From Eledone cirrhosa (lineage: Eukaryota): DNA of 64,000 nucleotides. Where the stretch lies: assembly GCA_964016885.1 (NCBI GenBank), contig OZ024742.1, positions 165,540,001 to 165,604,000 on the forward strand, read 5' to 3'. Below, in pieces: positions 9,020 to 21,900 of this stretch. A program made the translations under genes and the position numbers. The stretch's first letter is position 1. Every line of letters begins with the position of its first letter. Below the pieces are notes generated by a model. It was given only the letters and a program-made list of their open reading frames with translations, was not told the DNA's origin and did no database searches.

Positions 9020-12000
9020 TACAAATTATCTCCCCCTGATTTTTTTTTACAAATTATCTCCCCCTGATTTATTTACAAATTATCTCCCCCTGATTTTTTT
9101 TACAAATTATCTCCGACTGATTTTTTTAAATATTATCTTCTCTTGGCTGGCGGGAAATTATCTCCCCTTGGACGGCTGAAAATTATCTCCCCTTGGACGG
9201 CTGGAAATTATCTCCCCTTGATTTTTTTTACAAATTATCTCCCCCTGATTTTTTTTTACAAATTATCTCCCCCTGATTTTTTTTTACAAATTATCTCCCC
9301 CTGATTTTTTTTTACAAATTATCTCCCCCTGATTTTTTTTACAAATTATCTCCCCCTGATTTTTTTACAAATTATCTCCCCTTGGCTGGCTGGAAATTAT
9401 CTCCCCTTGGAGGCTGGAATTTATCTCCCCTTGGACGGCTAGAAATTACCTCTCCTTGGACGGCTGGAAAATATGTCCTTGGACGGCTGGATATTATCTA
9501 CCCTTGGACGGCTGGAAATTATCTCTCCTCGGACGACTAGAAATTACCTCTCCTTGGACAGCTGAAAATTATCTCCCCTTGGACGGCTGGAAATTATCTC
9601 CCCTTGATTTTTTTTACAAATTATCTCCCCCTGATTTATTTTACAAATTATCTCCCCCTGATTTTTTTTTACAAATTATCTCCCCCTGATTTTTTTTACA
9701 AATTATCTCCCCCTGATATTTTTTACAAATTATCTCCCCCTGATTTTTTTACAAATTATCTCCCCTTGGCTGGCTGGAAATTATCTACCCTTGGAGGCTG
9801 GAATTTATCTCCCCTTGGACGGCTAGAAATTACCTCGCCTTGGACGGCTGGAAAATATGTCTCCTTGGACGGCTGGAAATTATCTCCCCTTGGACGGCTG
9901 GAAATTATCTCCCCTTGGACGGCTGGAAATTATCTCCCCTTGGACGGCTAGATATTACCTCCCCTTGGACGGCTGGAAATTATCTCCCCTTGATTTTTTT
10001 TACAAATTATCTCCCCCTGATTTTTTTTTACAAATTATCTCCCCCTGATTTTTTTTTACGAAGTATCTCCCCCTGATTTTTTTTTACAAATTATCTCCGC
10101 CTGATTTTTTTTAAAAAATTATCTCCCCTTGAACGGCTGGAAATTATCTCCCCTTGGACGGCTGGAAATTATCTCCCCTTGGACGGCTAGAAATTACCTC
10201 TCCTTGGACGGCTGAAAATTATCTCCCATTGGACGGCTGCAAATTATCTCCCCTTGATTTTTTAACAAATTATCTCCCCCTGATTTTTTTTTACAAATTA
10301 TCTCCCCCTGATTTTTTTTTACAAATTACCTACGCCTAATTTTTTTTACAAATTATCTCCCCCTGATTTTTTTTACAAATTATCTCCCCCTGATTTTTTT
10401 TACAAATTATCTCCCCCTGATTTTTTTTTACAAATTATTTCCCCCTGATTTTTTTACAAATTATCTCCCCCCTGATTTTTTTTACAATCTCCGCCTGATT
10501 TTTTTAAAAATTATCTTCCCTTGGCTGGCGGGAAATTATCTCCCCTTGGACGGCTGGAAATTATATCCCCTTGGAAGGATGGAAATTATCTCCCCTTGGA
10601 CGGCTGGAAATTATCTCCCCTTGGACGGCTGGAAATTATCTCCCCTTGGACAGCTGGAAATTATCTGTCCTTGATTTTGTTTTTACAAATTATCTCCCCC
10701 TGATTTTTTTTACAAATTATCTCCACCTGATTTTTTAAAAAATTATCTCCCCTTGGACGGCTGGAAATTATCTCCCCTTGATTTTTTTTACAAATTATCT
10801 CCCCCTGATTTTTTTTTACAAATTATCTCCCCCTGATTTTTTTTTACAAATTATCTCCCCCTGATTTTTTTTTACAAATTATCTCACCCTGATTTTTTTT
10901 ACAAATTATCTCTCCCTGATTTTTTTACAAATTATCTCCCCTTGGCTGGCTGGAAATTATCTCCCCTTGGAGGCTGGAATTTATCTCCCCTTGGACGGCT
11001 AGAAATTACCTCTCCTTGGACGGCTGGAAAATATGTCTCCTTGGACGGCTGGATATTATCTACCCTTGGACGGCTGGAAATTATCTCCCCTTGGACGGCT
11101 GGAAATTATCTCCTCTTGGACGGCTAGATATTACCTCCCCTTGGACGGCTGGAAATTATCTCCCCTTGATTTTTTTACAAATTATCTCCCCCTGATTTTT
11201 TTACAAATTATCTCCCCCTGATTTTTTTTACAAATTATCTCCGCCTAATTTTTTTAAATATTATCTTCCCTTGGCTGGCGGGAAATTATCTCCCCTTGGA
11301 CGGCTGAAAATTATCTCCCCTTGGACGGCTGGAAATTATCTCCCCTTGATTTTTTTTACAAATTATCTCCCCCTGATTTTTTTTTACAAATTATCTCCCC
11401 CTGATTTTTTTTACAAATTATCTCCCCCTGATTTTTTTACAAATTATCTCCCCTTGGCTGGCTGGAAATTATCTCCCCTTGGAGGCTGGAATTTATCTCC
11501 CCTTGGACGGCTAGAAATTACCTCTCCTTGGAAGGCTGGAAAATATGTCCTTGGACGGCTGGATATTATCTACCCTTGGACGGCTGGAAATTATCTCCCC
11601 TTGGACGGCTGGAAATTATCTCCCCTTGGACGGCTAGATATTACCTCCCCTTGGACGGCTGAAAATTATCTCCCCTTGGACGGCTGGAAATTATCTCCCC
11701 TTGATTTTTTTTTACAAATTATCTCCCCCTGATTATTTTTTACAAATTATCCCCTGATTTTTTTTTTACAAATTATCTCCCCCTGATTTTTTTACAAATT
11801 ATCTCCCCTTGGCTGGCTGGAAATTATCTCCCATTGGAGGCTGGAATTTATCTCCCCTTGGACGGTTAGAAATTACCTCCCCTTGGACGGCTGGAAAATA
11901 TGTCTCCTTGGACGGCTGGAAATTATCGCGCCTTGGACGGCTGGAAATTATCTCCCCTTGGACGGCTGGAAATTATCTCTCATCGGACGGCTAGAAATTA

Positions 12001-15000
12001 CCTCTCCTTGGACAGCTGAAAATTATCTCCCCTTGGACGGCTGGAAATTATCTCCCCTTGATTTTTTTTACAAATTATCTCCCCCTGATTTTTTTTTACA
12101 AATTATCTCCCCCTGATTTTTTTTTACAAATTATCTCCCCCTGATTTTTTTTTACAAATTATCTCCCCCTGATATTTTTTACAAATTATCTCCCCCTGAT
12201 TTTTTTACAAATTATCTCCCCTTGGCTGGCTGGAAATTATCTCCCCTTGGAGGCTGGAATTTATCTCCCCTTGGACGGCTAGAAATTACCTCGCCTTGGA
12301 CGGCTGGAAAATATGTCTCCTTCGACGGCTGGAAATTATCTCCCCTTGGACGGCTGGAAATTATCTCCCCTTGGACAGCTGGAAATTATCTCCCCTTGGA
12401 CGGCTAGATATTACCTCCCCTTGGACGGCTGGAAATTATCTCCCCTTGATTTTTTTTACAAATTATCTCCCCCTGATTTTTTTTTACAAATTATCTCCCC
12501 CTGATTTTTTTTTACAAATTATCTCCCCCTGATTTTTTTTTTACAAATTATCTCCCCCTGATTTATTTACAAATTATCTCCCCCTGATTTTTTTTACAAA
12601 TTATCTCCGACTGATTTTTTTAAATATTATCTTCTCTTGGCTGGCGGGAAATTATCTCCCCTTGGACGGCTGAAAATTATCTCCCCTTGGACGGCTGGAA
12701 ATTATCTCCCCTTGATTTTTTTTACAAATTATCTCCCCCTGATTTTTTTTTACAAATTATCTCCCCCTGATTTTTTTTTACAAATTATCTCCCCCTGATT
12801 TTTTTTTACAAATTATCTCCCCCTGATTTTTTTTACAAATTATCTCCCCCTGATTTTTTTACAAATTATCTCCCCTTGGCTGGCTGGAAATTATCTCCCC
12901 TTGGAGGCTGGAATTTATCTCCCCTTGGACGGCTAGAAATTACCTCTCCTTGGACGGCTGGAAAATATGTCCTTGGACGGCTGGATATTATCTACCCTTG
13001 GACGGCTGGAAATTATCTCTCCTCGGACGACTAGAAATTACCTCTCCTTGGACAGCTGAAAATTATCTCCCCTTGGACGGCTGGAAATTATCTCCCCTTG
13101 ATTTTTTTTACAAATTATCTCCCCCTGATTTATTTTACAAATTATCTCCCCCTGATTTTTTTTTACAAATTATCTCCCCCTGATTTTTTTTACAAATTAT
13201 CTCCCCCTGATATTTTTTACAAATTATCTCCCCCTGATTTTTTTACAAATTATCTCCCCTTGGCTGGCTGGAAATTATCTACCCTTGGAGGCTGGAATTT
13301 ATCTCCCCTTGGACGGCTAGAAATTACCTCGCCTTGGACGGCTGGAAAATATGTCTCCTTGGACGGCTGGAAATTATCTCCCCTTGGACGGCTGGAAATT
13401 ATCTCCCCTTGGACGGCTGGAAATTATCTCCCCTTGGACGGCTAGATATTACCTCCCCTTGGACGGCTGGAAATTATCTCCCCTTGATTTTTTTTACAAA
13501 TTATCTCCCCCTGATTTTTTTTTACAAATTATCTCCCCCTGATTTTTTTTTACCAAGTATCTCCCCCTGATTTTTTTTTACAAATTATCTCCGCCTGATT
13601 TTTTTTAAAAAATTATCTCCCCTTGAACGGCTGGAAATTATCTCCCCTTGGACGGCTGGAAATTATCTCCCCTTGGACGGCTAGAAATTACCTCTCCTTG
13701 GACGGCTGAAAATTATCTCCCATTGGACGGCTGCAAATTATCTCCCCTTGATTTTTTAACAAATTATCTCCCCCTGATTTTTTTTTACAAATTATCTCCC
13801 CCTGATTTTTTTTTACAAATTATCTACGCCTAATTTTTTTTACAAATTATCTCCCCCTGATTTTTTTTTACAAATTATCTCCCCCTGATTTTTTTTACAA
13901 ATTATCTCCCCCTGATTTTTTTTTACAAATTATTTCCCCCTGATTTTTTTACAAATTATCTCCCCCCTGATTTTTTTTACAATCTCCGCCTGATTTTTTT
14001 AAAAATTATCTTCCCTTGGCTGGCGGGAAATTATCTCCCCTTGGACGGCTGGAAATTATATCCCCTTGGAAGGATGGAAATTATCTCCCCTTGGACGGCT
14101 GGAAATTATCTCCCCTTGGACGGCTGGAAATTATCTCCCCTTGGACAGCTGGAAATTATCTGTCCTTGATTTTGTTTTTACAAATTATCTCCCCCTGATT
14201 TTTTTTACAAATTATCTCCACCTGATTTTTTAAAAAATTATCTCCCCTTGGACGGCTGGAAATTATCTCCCCTTGATTTTTTTTACAAATTATCTCCCCC
14301 TGATTTTTTTTTACAAATTATCTCCCCCTGATTTTTTTTTACAAATTATCTCCCCCTGATTTTTTTTTACAAATTATCTCACCCTGATTTTTTTTACAAA
14401 TTATCTCTCCCTGATTTTTTTACAAATTATCTCCCCTTGGCTGGCTGGAAATTATCTCCCCTTGGAGGCTGGAATTTATCTCCCCTTGGACGGCTAGAAA
14501 TTACCTCTCCTTGGACGGCTGGAAAATATGTCTCCTTGGACGGCTGGATATTATCTACCCTTGGACGGCTGGAAATTATCTCCCCTTGGACGGCTGGAAA
14601 TTATCTCCTCTTGGACGGCTAGATATTACCTCCCCTTGGACGGCTGGAAATTATCTCCCCTTGATTTTTTTACAAATTATCTCCCCCTGATTTTTTTACA
14701 AATTATCTCCCCCTGATTTTTTTTACAAATTATCTCCGCCTAATTTTTTTAAATATTATCTTCCCTTGGCTGGCGGGAAATTATCTCCCCTTGGACGGCT
14801 GAAAATTATCTCCCCTTGGACGGCTGGAAATTATCTCCCCTTGATTTTTTTTACAAATTATCTCCCCCTGATTTTTTTTTACAAATTATCTCCCCCTGAT
14901 TTTTTTTACAAATTATCTCCCCCTGATTTTTTTACAAATTATCTCCCCTTGGCTGGCTGGAAATTATCTCCCCTTGGAGGCTGGAATTTATCTCCCCTTG

Positions 15001-16010
15001 GACGGCTAGAAATTACCTCTCCTTGGAAGGCTGGAAAATATGTCCTTGGACGGCTGGATATTATCTACCCTTGGACGGCTGGAAATTATCTCCCCTTGGA
15101 CGGCTGGAAATTATCTCCCCTTGGACGGCTAGATATTACCTCCCCTTGGACGGCTGAAAATTATCTCCCCTTGGACGGCTGGAAATTATCTCCCCTTGAT
15201 TTTTTTTTACAAATTATCTCCCCCTGATTATTTTTTACAAATTATCCCCTGATTTTTTTTTTACAAATTATCTCCCCCTGATTTTTTTACAAATTATCTC
15301 CCCTTGGCTGGCTGGAAATTATCTCCCATTGGAGGCTGGAATTTATCTCCCCTTGGACGGTTAGAAATTACCTCCCCTTGGACGGCTGGAAAATATGTCT
15401 CCTTGGACGGCTGGAAATTATCGCGCCTTGGACGGCTGGAAATTATCTCCCCTTGGACGGCTGGAAATTATCTCTCATCGGACGGCTAGAAATTACCTCT
15501 CCTTGGACAGCTGAAAATTATCTCCCCTTGGACGGCTGGAAATTATCTCCCCTTGATTTTTTTTACAAATTATCTCCCCCTGATTTTTTTTTACAAATTA
15601 TCTCCCCCTGATTTTTTTTTACAAATTATCTCCCCCTGATTTTTTTTTACAAATTATCTCCCCCTGATATTTTTTACAAATTATCTCCCCCTGATTTTTT
15701 TACAAATTATCTCCCCTTGGCTGGCTGGAAATTATCTCCCCTTGGAGGCTGGAATTTATCTCCCCTTGGACGGCTAGAAATTACCTCGCCTTGGACGGCT
15801 GGAAAATATGTCTCCTTCGACGGCTGGAAATTATCTCCCCTTGGACGGCTGGAAATTATCTCCCCTTGGACAGCTGGAAATTATCTCCCCTTGGACGGCT
15901 AGATATTACCTCCCCTTGGACGGCTGGAAATTATCTCCCCTTGATTTTTTTTACAAATTATCTCCCCCTGATTTTTTTTTACAAATTATCTCCCCCTGAT
16001 TTTTTTTTAC
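9020..16010 (+). repeat. Tandem higher-order duplication, two copies of ~3,494-3,495 bp (9020-12515 and 12516-16010)
   Basis: ORF landmarks 9456/12950, 10521/14016 and 12222/15717. Private variants in both copies: CCGACTGA, TCGCGCC (CGCG at 11927/15422) and TTCGA (12322/15817). Confidence 0.93.
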
Positions 16011-17349
16011 GAATTATCTCCCCCCGATTTTTTTTTACAAATTATCTCCGCCTGATTTTTTTTTAAAAATTATCTCCCCTTGAACGGCTGGAAATTATCT
16101 CCCCTTGGACGGCTGGAAATTATCTCCCCTTGGACGGCTAGAAATTACCTCTCCTTGGACGGCTGAAAATTATCTCCCCTTGGACGGCTGCAAATTATCT
16201 CCCCTTGATTTTTTAACAAATTATCTCCCCCTGATTTTTTTTTACAAATTATCTCCCCCTGATTTTTTTTTACAAATTATCTCCCCCTGATTTTTTTTTA
16301 CAAATTATCTCCCCCTGATTTTTTTTACAATCTCCGCCTGATTTTTTAAAAAATTATCTTCCCTTGGCTGGCGGGAAATTATCTCCCCTTGGACGGCTGG
16401 AAATTATCTCCCCTTGATTTTTTTACAAATTATCTCCCCCTGATTTTTTTTACAAATTATCTCCCCCTGATTTTATGTTACAAATTATCTCCCCCTGATT
16501 TTTTTACAAATTATCTCCCCCTGATTTTTTTTACAAATTATCTCCGCCTGATTTTTTTAAATATTATCTTCCCTTGGCTGGCGGGAAATTATCTCCCCTT
16601 GGACGGCTGGAAATTATCTCCCCTTGATTTTTTTTACAAATTATCTCCCCCTGATTTTTTTTTACAAATTATCTCCCCCTGATTTTTTTTTACAAATTAT
16701 CTCCCCCTGATTTTTTTTTACAAATTATCTCCCCCTGATTTTTTTTTACAAATCTCCCCCTGATTTTTTTATAAATTATCTCCCCTTGGCTGGCTGGAAA
16801 TTATCTCCCCTTGGAGGCTGGAATTTATCTCCCCTTGGACGGCTAGAAATTACCTCTCCTTGGATGGCTGGAAAATATGTCTCCTTGGACGGCTGGATAT
16901 TATCTACCCTTGGACGGCTGGAAATTATCTCCCCTTGGACGGCTGGAAATTATCTCCCCTTGGACGGCTAGATATTACCTCCCATTGGACGGCTGGAAAT
17001 TATCTCCCCTTGATTTTTTTTACAAATTATCTCCCCCTGATTTTTTTTTACGAATTATCTCCCCCTGATTTTTTTTTACAAATTATCTCCGCCTGATTTT
17101 TTTTTTAAAATTATCTCCCCTTGAACGGCTGGAAATTATCTCCCCTTGGACGGCTGGAAATTATCTCCCCTTGGACGGCTAGAAATTACCTCTCCTTGGA
17201 CTGCTGAAAATTATCTCCCCTTGGACGGCTGCAAATTATCTCCCCTTGATTTTTTTAACATATTATCTCCCCCTGATTTTTTTTTACAAATTATCTCCCC
17301 CTGATTTTTTTTTACAAATTATCTACGCCTAATTTTTTTTACAAATTAT

Positions 17350-18260
17350 CTCCCCCTGATTTTTTTTTACAAATTATCTCCCCCTGATTTTTTTTACAAA
17401 TTATCTCCCCCTGATTTTTTTTACAAATTATCTCCCCCTGATTTTTTTACAAATTATCTCCCCCCTGATTTTTTTTACAATCTCCGCCTGATTTTTTTAA
17501 AAATTATCTTCCCTTGGCTGGCGGGAAATTATCTCCCCTTGGACGGCTGGAAATTATATCCCCTTGGAAGGATGGAAATTATCTCCCCTTGGACGGCTGG
17601 AAATTATCTCCCCTTGGACGGCTGGAAATTACCTCCCCTTGGACAGCTGGAAATTATCTGCCCTTGATTTTGTTTTTACAAATTATCTCCCCCTGATTTT
17701 TTTTACAAATTATCTCCACCTGATTTTTTAAAAAATTATCTCCCCTTGGACGGCTGGAAATTATCTCCCCTTGGACGGCTGGAAATTATCTCCCCTTGAT
17801 TTTTTTTACAAATTATCTCCCCCTGATTTTTTTTTACAAATTATCTCCCCCTGATTTTTTTTACAAATTATCTCCCCCTGATTTTTTTTTACAAATTATT
17901 TCCCCCTGATTTTTTTACAAATTATCTCCCCCCTGATTTTTTTTACAATCTCCGCCTGATTTTTTTAAAAATTATCTTCCCTTGGCTGGCGGGAAATTAT
18001 CTCCCCTTGGACGGCTGGAAATTATATCCCCTTGGAAGGATGGAAATTATCTCCCCTTGGACGGCTGGAAATTATCTCCCCTTGGACGGCTGGAAATTAT
18101 CTCCCCTTGGACAGCTGGAAATTATCTGCCCTTGATTTTGTTTTTACAAATTATCTCCCCCTGATTTTTTTTACAAATTATCTCCACCTGATTTTTTAAA
18201 AAATTATCTCCCCTTGGACGGCTGGAAATTATCTCCCCTTGATTTTTTTTACAAATTATC
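17350..18260 (+). repeat. Local 468-bp tandem duplication of the M4 module with its flanks (also at ~25480-26350, ~32850-33760 and ~59100-60000)
   Basis: Landmark pairs 17514/17982, 25641/26109, 33012/33480 and 59259/59727 all differ by exactly 468. Boundaries are approximate. Confidence 0.85.
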
Positions 18261-18979
18261 TCCCCCTGATTTTTTTTTACAAATTATCTCCCCCTGATTT
18301 TTTTTACAAATTATCTCCCCCTGATTTTTTTTTACAAATTATCTCACCCTGATTTTTTTTACAAATTATCTCTCCCTGATTTTTTTACAAATTATCTCCC
18401 CTTGGCTGGCTGGAAATTATCTCCCCTTGGAGGCTGGAATTTATCTCCCCTTGGACGGCTAGAAATTACCTCTCCTTGGACGGCTGGAAAATATGTCTCC
18501 TTGGACGGCTGGATATTATCTACCCTTGGACGGCTGGAAATTATCTCCCCTTGGACGGCTGGAAATTATCTCCTCTTGGACGGCTAGATATTACCTCCCC
18601 TTGGACGGCTGGAAATTATCTCCCCTTGATTTTTTTACAAATTATCTCCCCCTGATTTTTTTACAAATTATCTCCCCCTGATTTTTTTTACAAATTATCT
18701 CCGCCTAATTTTTTTAAATATTATCTTCCCTTGGCTGGCGGGAAATTATCTCCCCTTGGACGGCTGAAAATTATCTCCCCTTGGACGGCTGGAAATTATC
18801 TCCCCTTGATTTTTTTTACAAATTATCTCCCCCTGATTTTTTTTTACAAATTATCTCCCCCTGATTTTTTTTTACAAATTATCTCCCCCTGATTTTTTTT
18901 TACAAATTATCTCCCCCTGATATTTTTTACAAATTATCTCCCCCTGATTTTTTTACAAATTATCTCCCCTTGGCTGGCT

Positions 18980-21900
18980 GGAAATTATCTCCCCTTGGAG
19001 GCTGGAATTTATCTCCCCTTGGACGGCTAGAAATTACCTCGCCTTGGACGGCTGGAAAATATGTCTCCTTGGACGGCTGGAAATTATCTCCCCTTGGACG
19101 GCTGGAAATTATCTCCCCTTGGACAGCTGGAAATTATCTCCCCTTGGACGGCTAGATATTACCTCCCCTTGGACGGCTGGAAATTATCTCCCCTTGATTT
19201 TTTTTACAAATTATCTCCCCCTGATTTTTTTTTACAAATTATCTCCCCCTGATTTTTTTTTACGAATTATCTCCCCCCGATTTTTTTTTACAAATTATCT
19301 CCGCCTGATTTTTTTTTAAAAATTATCTCCCCTTGAACGGCTGGAAATTATCTCCCCTTGGACGGCTGGAAATTATCTCCCCTTGGACGGCTAGAAATTA
19401 CCTCTCCTTGGACGGCTGAAAATTATCTCCCCTTGGACGGCTGCAAATTATCTCCCCTTGATTTTTTAACAAATTATCTCCCCCTGATTTTTTTTTACAA
19501 ATTATCTCCCCCTGATTTTTTTTTACAAATTATCTCCCCCTGATTTTTTTTTACAAATTATCTCCCCCTGATTTTTTTACAAATTATCTCCCCCTGATTT
19601 TTTTTACAATCTCCGCCTGATTTTTTAAAAAATTATCTTCCCTTGGCTGGCGGGAAATTATCTCCCCTTGGACGGCTGGAAATTATCTCCCCTTGGACGG
19701 CTGGAAATTATCTCCCCTTGGACAGCTGGAAATTATCTGCCCTTGATTTTGTTTTTACAAATTATCTCCCCCTGATTTTTTTTACAAATTATCTCCACCT
19801 GATTTTTTAAAAAATTATCTCCCCTTGGACGGCTGGAAATTATCTCCCCTTGATTTTTTTACAAATTATCTCCCCCTGATTTTTTTTACAAATTATCTCC
19901 CCCTGATTTTATGTTACAAATTATCTCCCCCTGATTTTTTTACAAATTATCTCCCCCTGATTTTTTTTACAAATTATCTCCGCCTGATTTTTTTAAATAT
20001 TATCTTCCCTTGGCTGGCGGGAAATTATCTCCCCTTGGACGGCTGGAAATTATCTCCCCTTGATTTTTTTTACAAATTATCTCCCCCTGATTTTTTTTTA
20101 CAAATTATCTCCCCCTGATTTTTTTTTACAAATTATCTCCCCCTGATTTTTTTTTACAAATTATCTCCCCCTGATTTTTTTTTACAAATCTCCCCCTGAT
20201 TTTTTTATAAATTATCTCCCCTTGGCTGGCTGGAAATTATCTCCCCTTGGAGGCTGGAATTTATCTCCCCTTGGACGGCTAGAAATTACCTCTCCTTGGA
20301 TGGCTGGAAAATATGTCTCCTTGGACGGCTGGATATTATCTACCCTTGGACGGCTGGAAATTATCTCCCCTTGGACGGCTGGAAATTATCTCCCCTTGGA
20401 CGGCTAGATATTACCTCCCATTGGACGGCTGGAAATTATCTCCCCTTGATTTTTTTTACAAATTATCTCCCCCTGATTTTTTTTTACGAATTATCTCCCC
20501 CTGATTTTTTTTTACAAATTATCTCCGCCTGATTTTTTTTTTAAAATTATCTCCCCTTGAACGGCTGGAAATTATCTCCCCTTGGACGGCTGGAAATTAT
20601 CTCCCCTTGGACGGCTAGAAATTACCTCTCCTTGGACGGCTGAAAATTATCTCCCCTTGGACGGCTGCAAATTATCTCCCCTTGATTTTTTTAACAAATT
20701 ATCTCCCCCTGATTTTTTTTTACAAATTATCTCCCCCTGATTTTTTTTACAAATTATCTACGCCTAATTTTTTTTACAAATTATCTCCCCCTGATTTTTT
20801 TTTACAAATTATCTCCCCCTGATTTTTTTTACAAATTATCTCCCCTTGGCTGGCTGGAAATTATCTCCCCTTGGAGGCTGGAATTTATCTCCCCTTGGAC
20901 GGTTAGAAATTACCTCTCCTTGGACTGCTGGAAAATATGTCTCCTTGGACGGCTGGAAATTATCTCCCCTTGGACGGCTGGAAATTATCTCCCCTTGGAC
21001 GGCTGGAAATTATCTCTCCTCGGACGACTAGAAATTACCTCTCCTTGGACAGCTGAAAATTATCTCCCCTTGGACGGCTGGAAATTATCTCCCCTTGATT
21101 TTTTTTACAAATTATCTCCCCCTGATTTATTTTACAAATTATCTCCCCCTGATTTTTTTTTACAAATTATCTCCCCCTGATTTTTTTTACAAATTATCTC
21201 CCCCTGATATTTTTTACAAATTATCTCCCCCTGATTTTTTTACAAATTATCTCCCCTTGGCTGGCTGGAAATTATCTACCCTTGGAGGCTGGAATTTATC
21301 TCCCCTTGGACGGCTAGAAATTACCTCGCCTTGGACGGCTGGAAAATATGTCTCCTTGGACGGCTGGAAATTATCTCCCCTTGGACGGCTGGAAATTATC
21401 TCCCCTTGGACGGCTGGAAATTATCTCCCCTTGGACGGCTAGATATTACCTCCCCTTGGACGGCTGGAAATTATCTCCCCTTGATTTTTTTTACAAATTA
21501 TCTCCCCCTGATTTTTTTTTACAAATTATCTCCCCCTGATTTTTTTTTACGAAGTATCTCCCCCTGATTTTTTTTTACAAATTATCTCCGCCTGATTTTT
21601 TTTTAAAAATTATCTCCCCTTGAACGGCTGGAAATTATCTCCCCTTGGACGGCTGGAAATTATCTCCCCTTGGACGGCTAGAAATTACCTCTCCTTGGAC
21701 GGCTGAAAATTATCTCCCATTGGACGGCTGCAAATTATCTCCCCTTGATTTTTTAACAAATTATCTCCCCCTGATTTTTTTTTACAAATTATCTCCCCCT
21801 GATTTTTTTTTACAAATTATCTACGCCTAATTTTTTTTACAAATTATCTCCCCCTGATTTTTTTTACAAATTATCTCCCCCTGATTTTTTTTACAAATTA

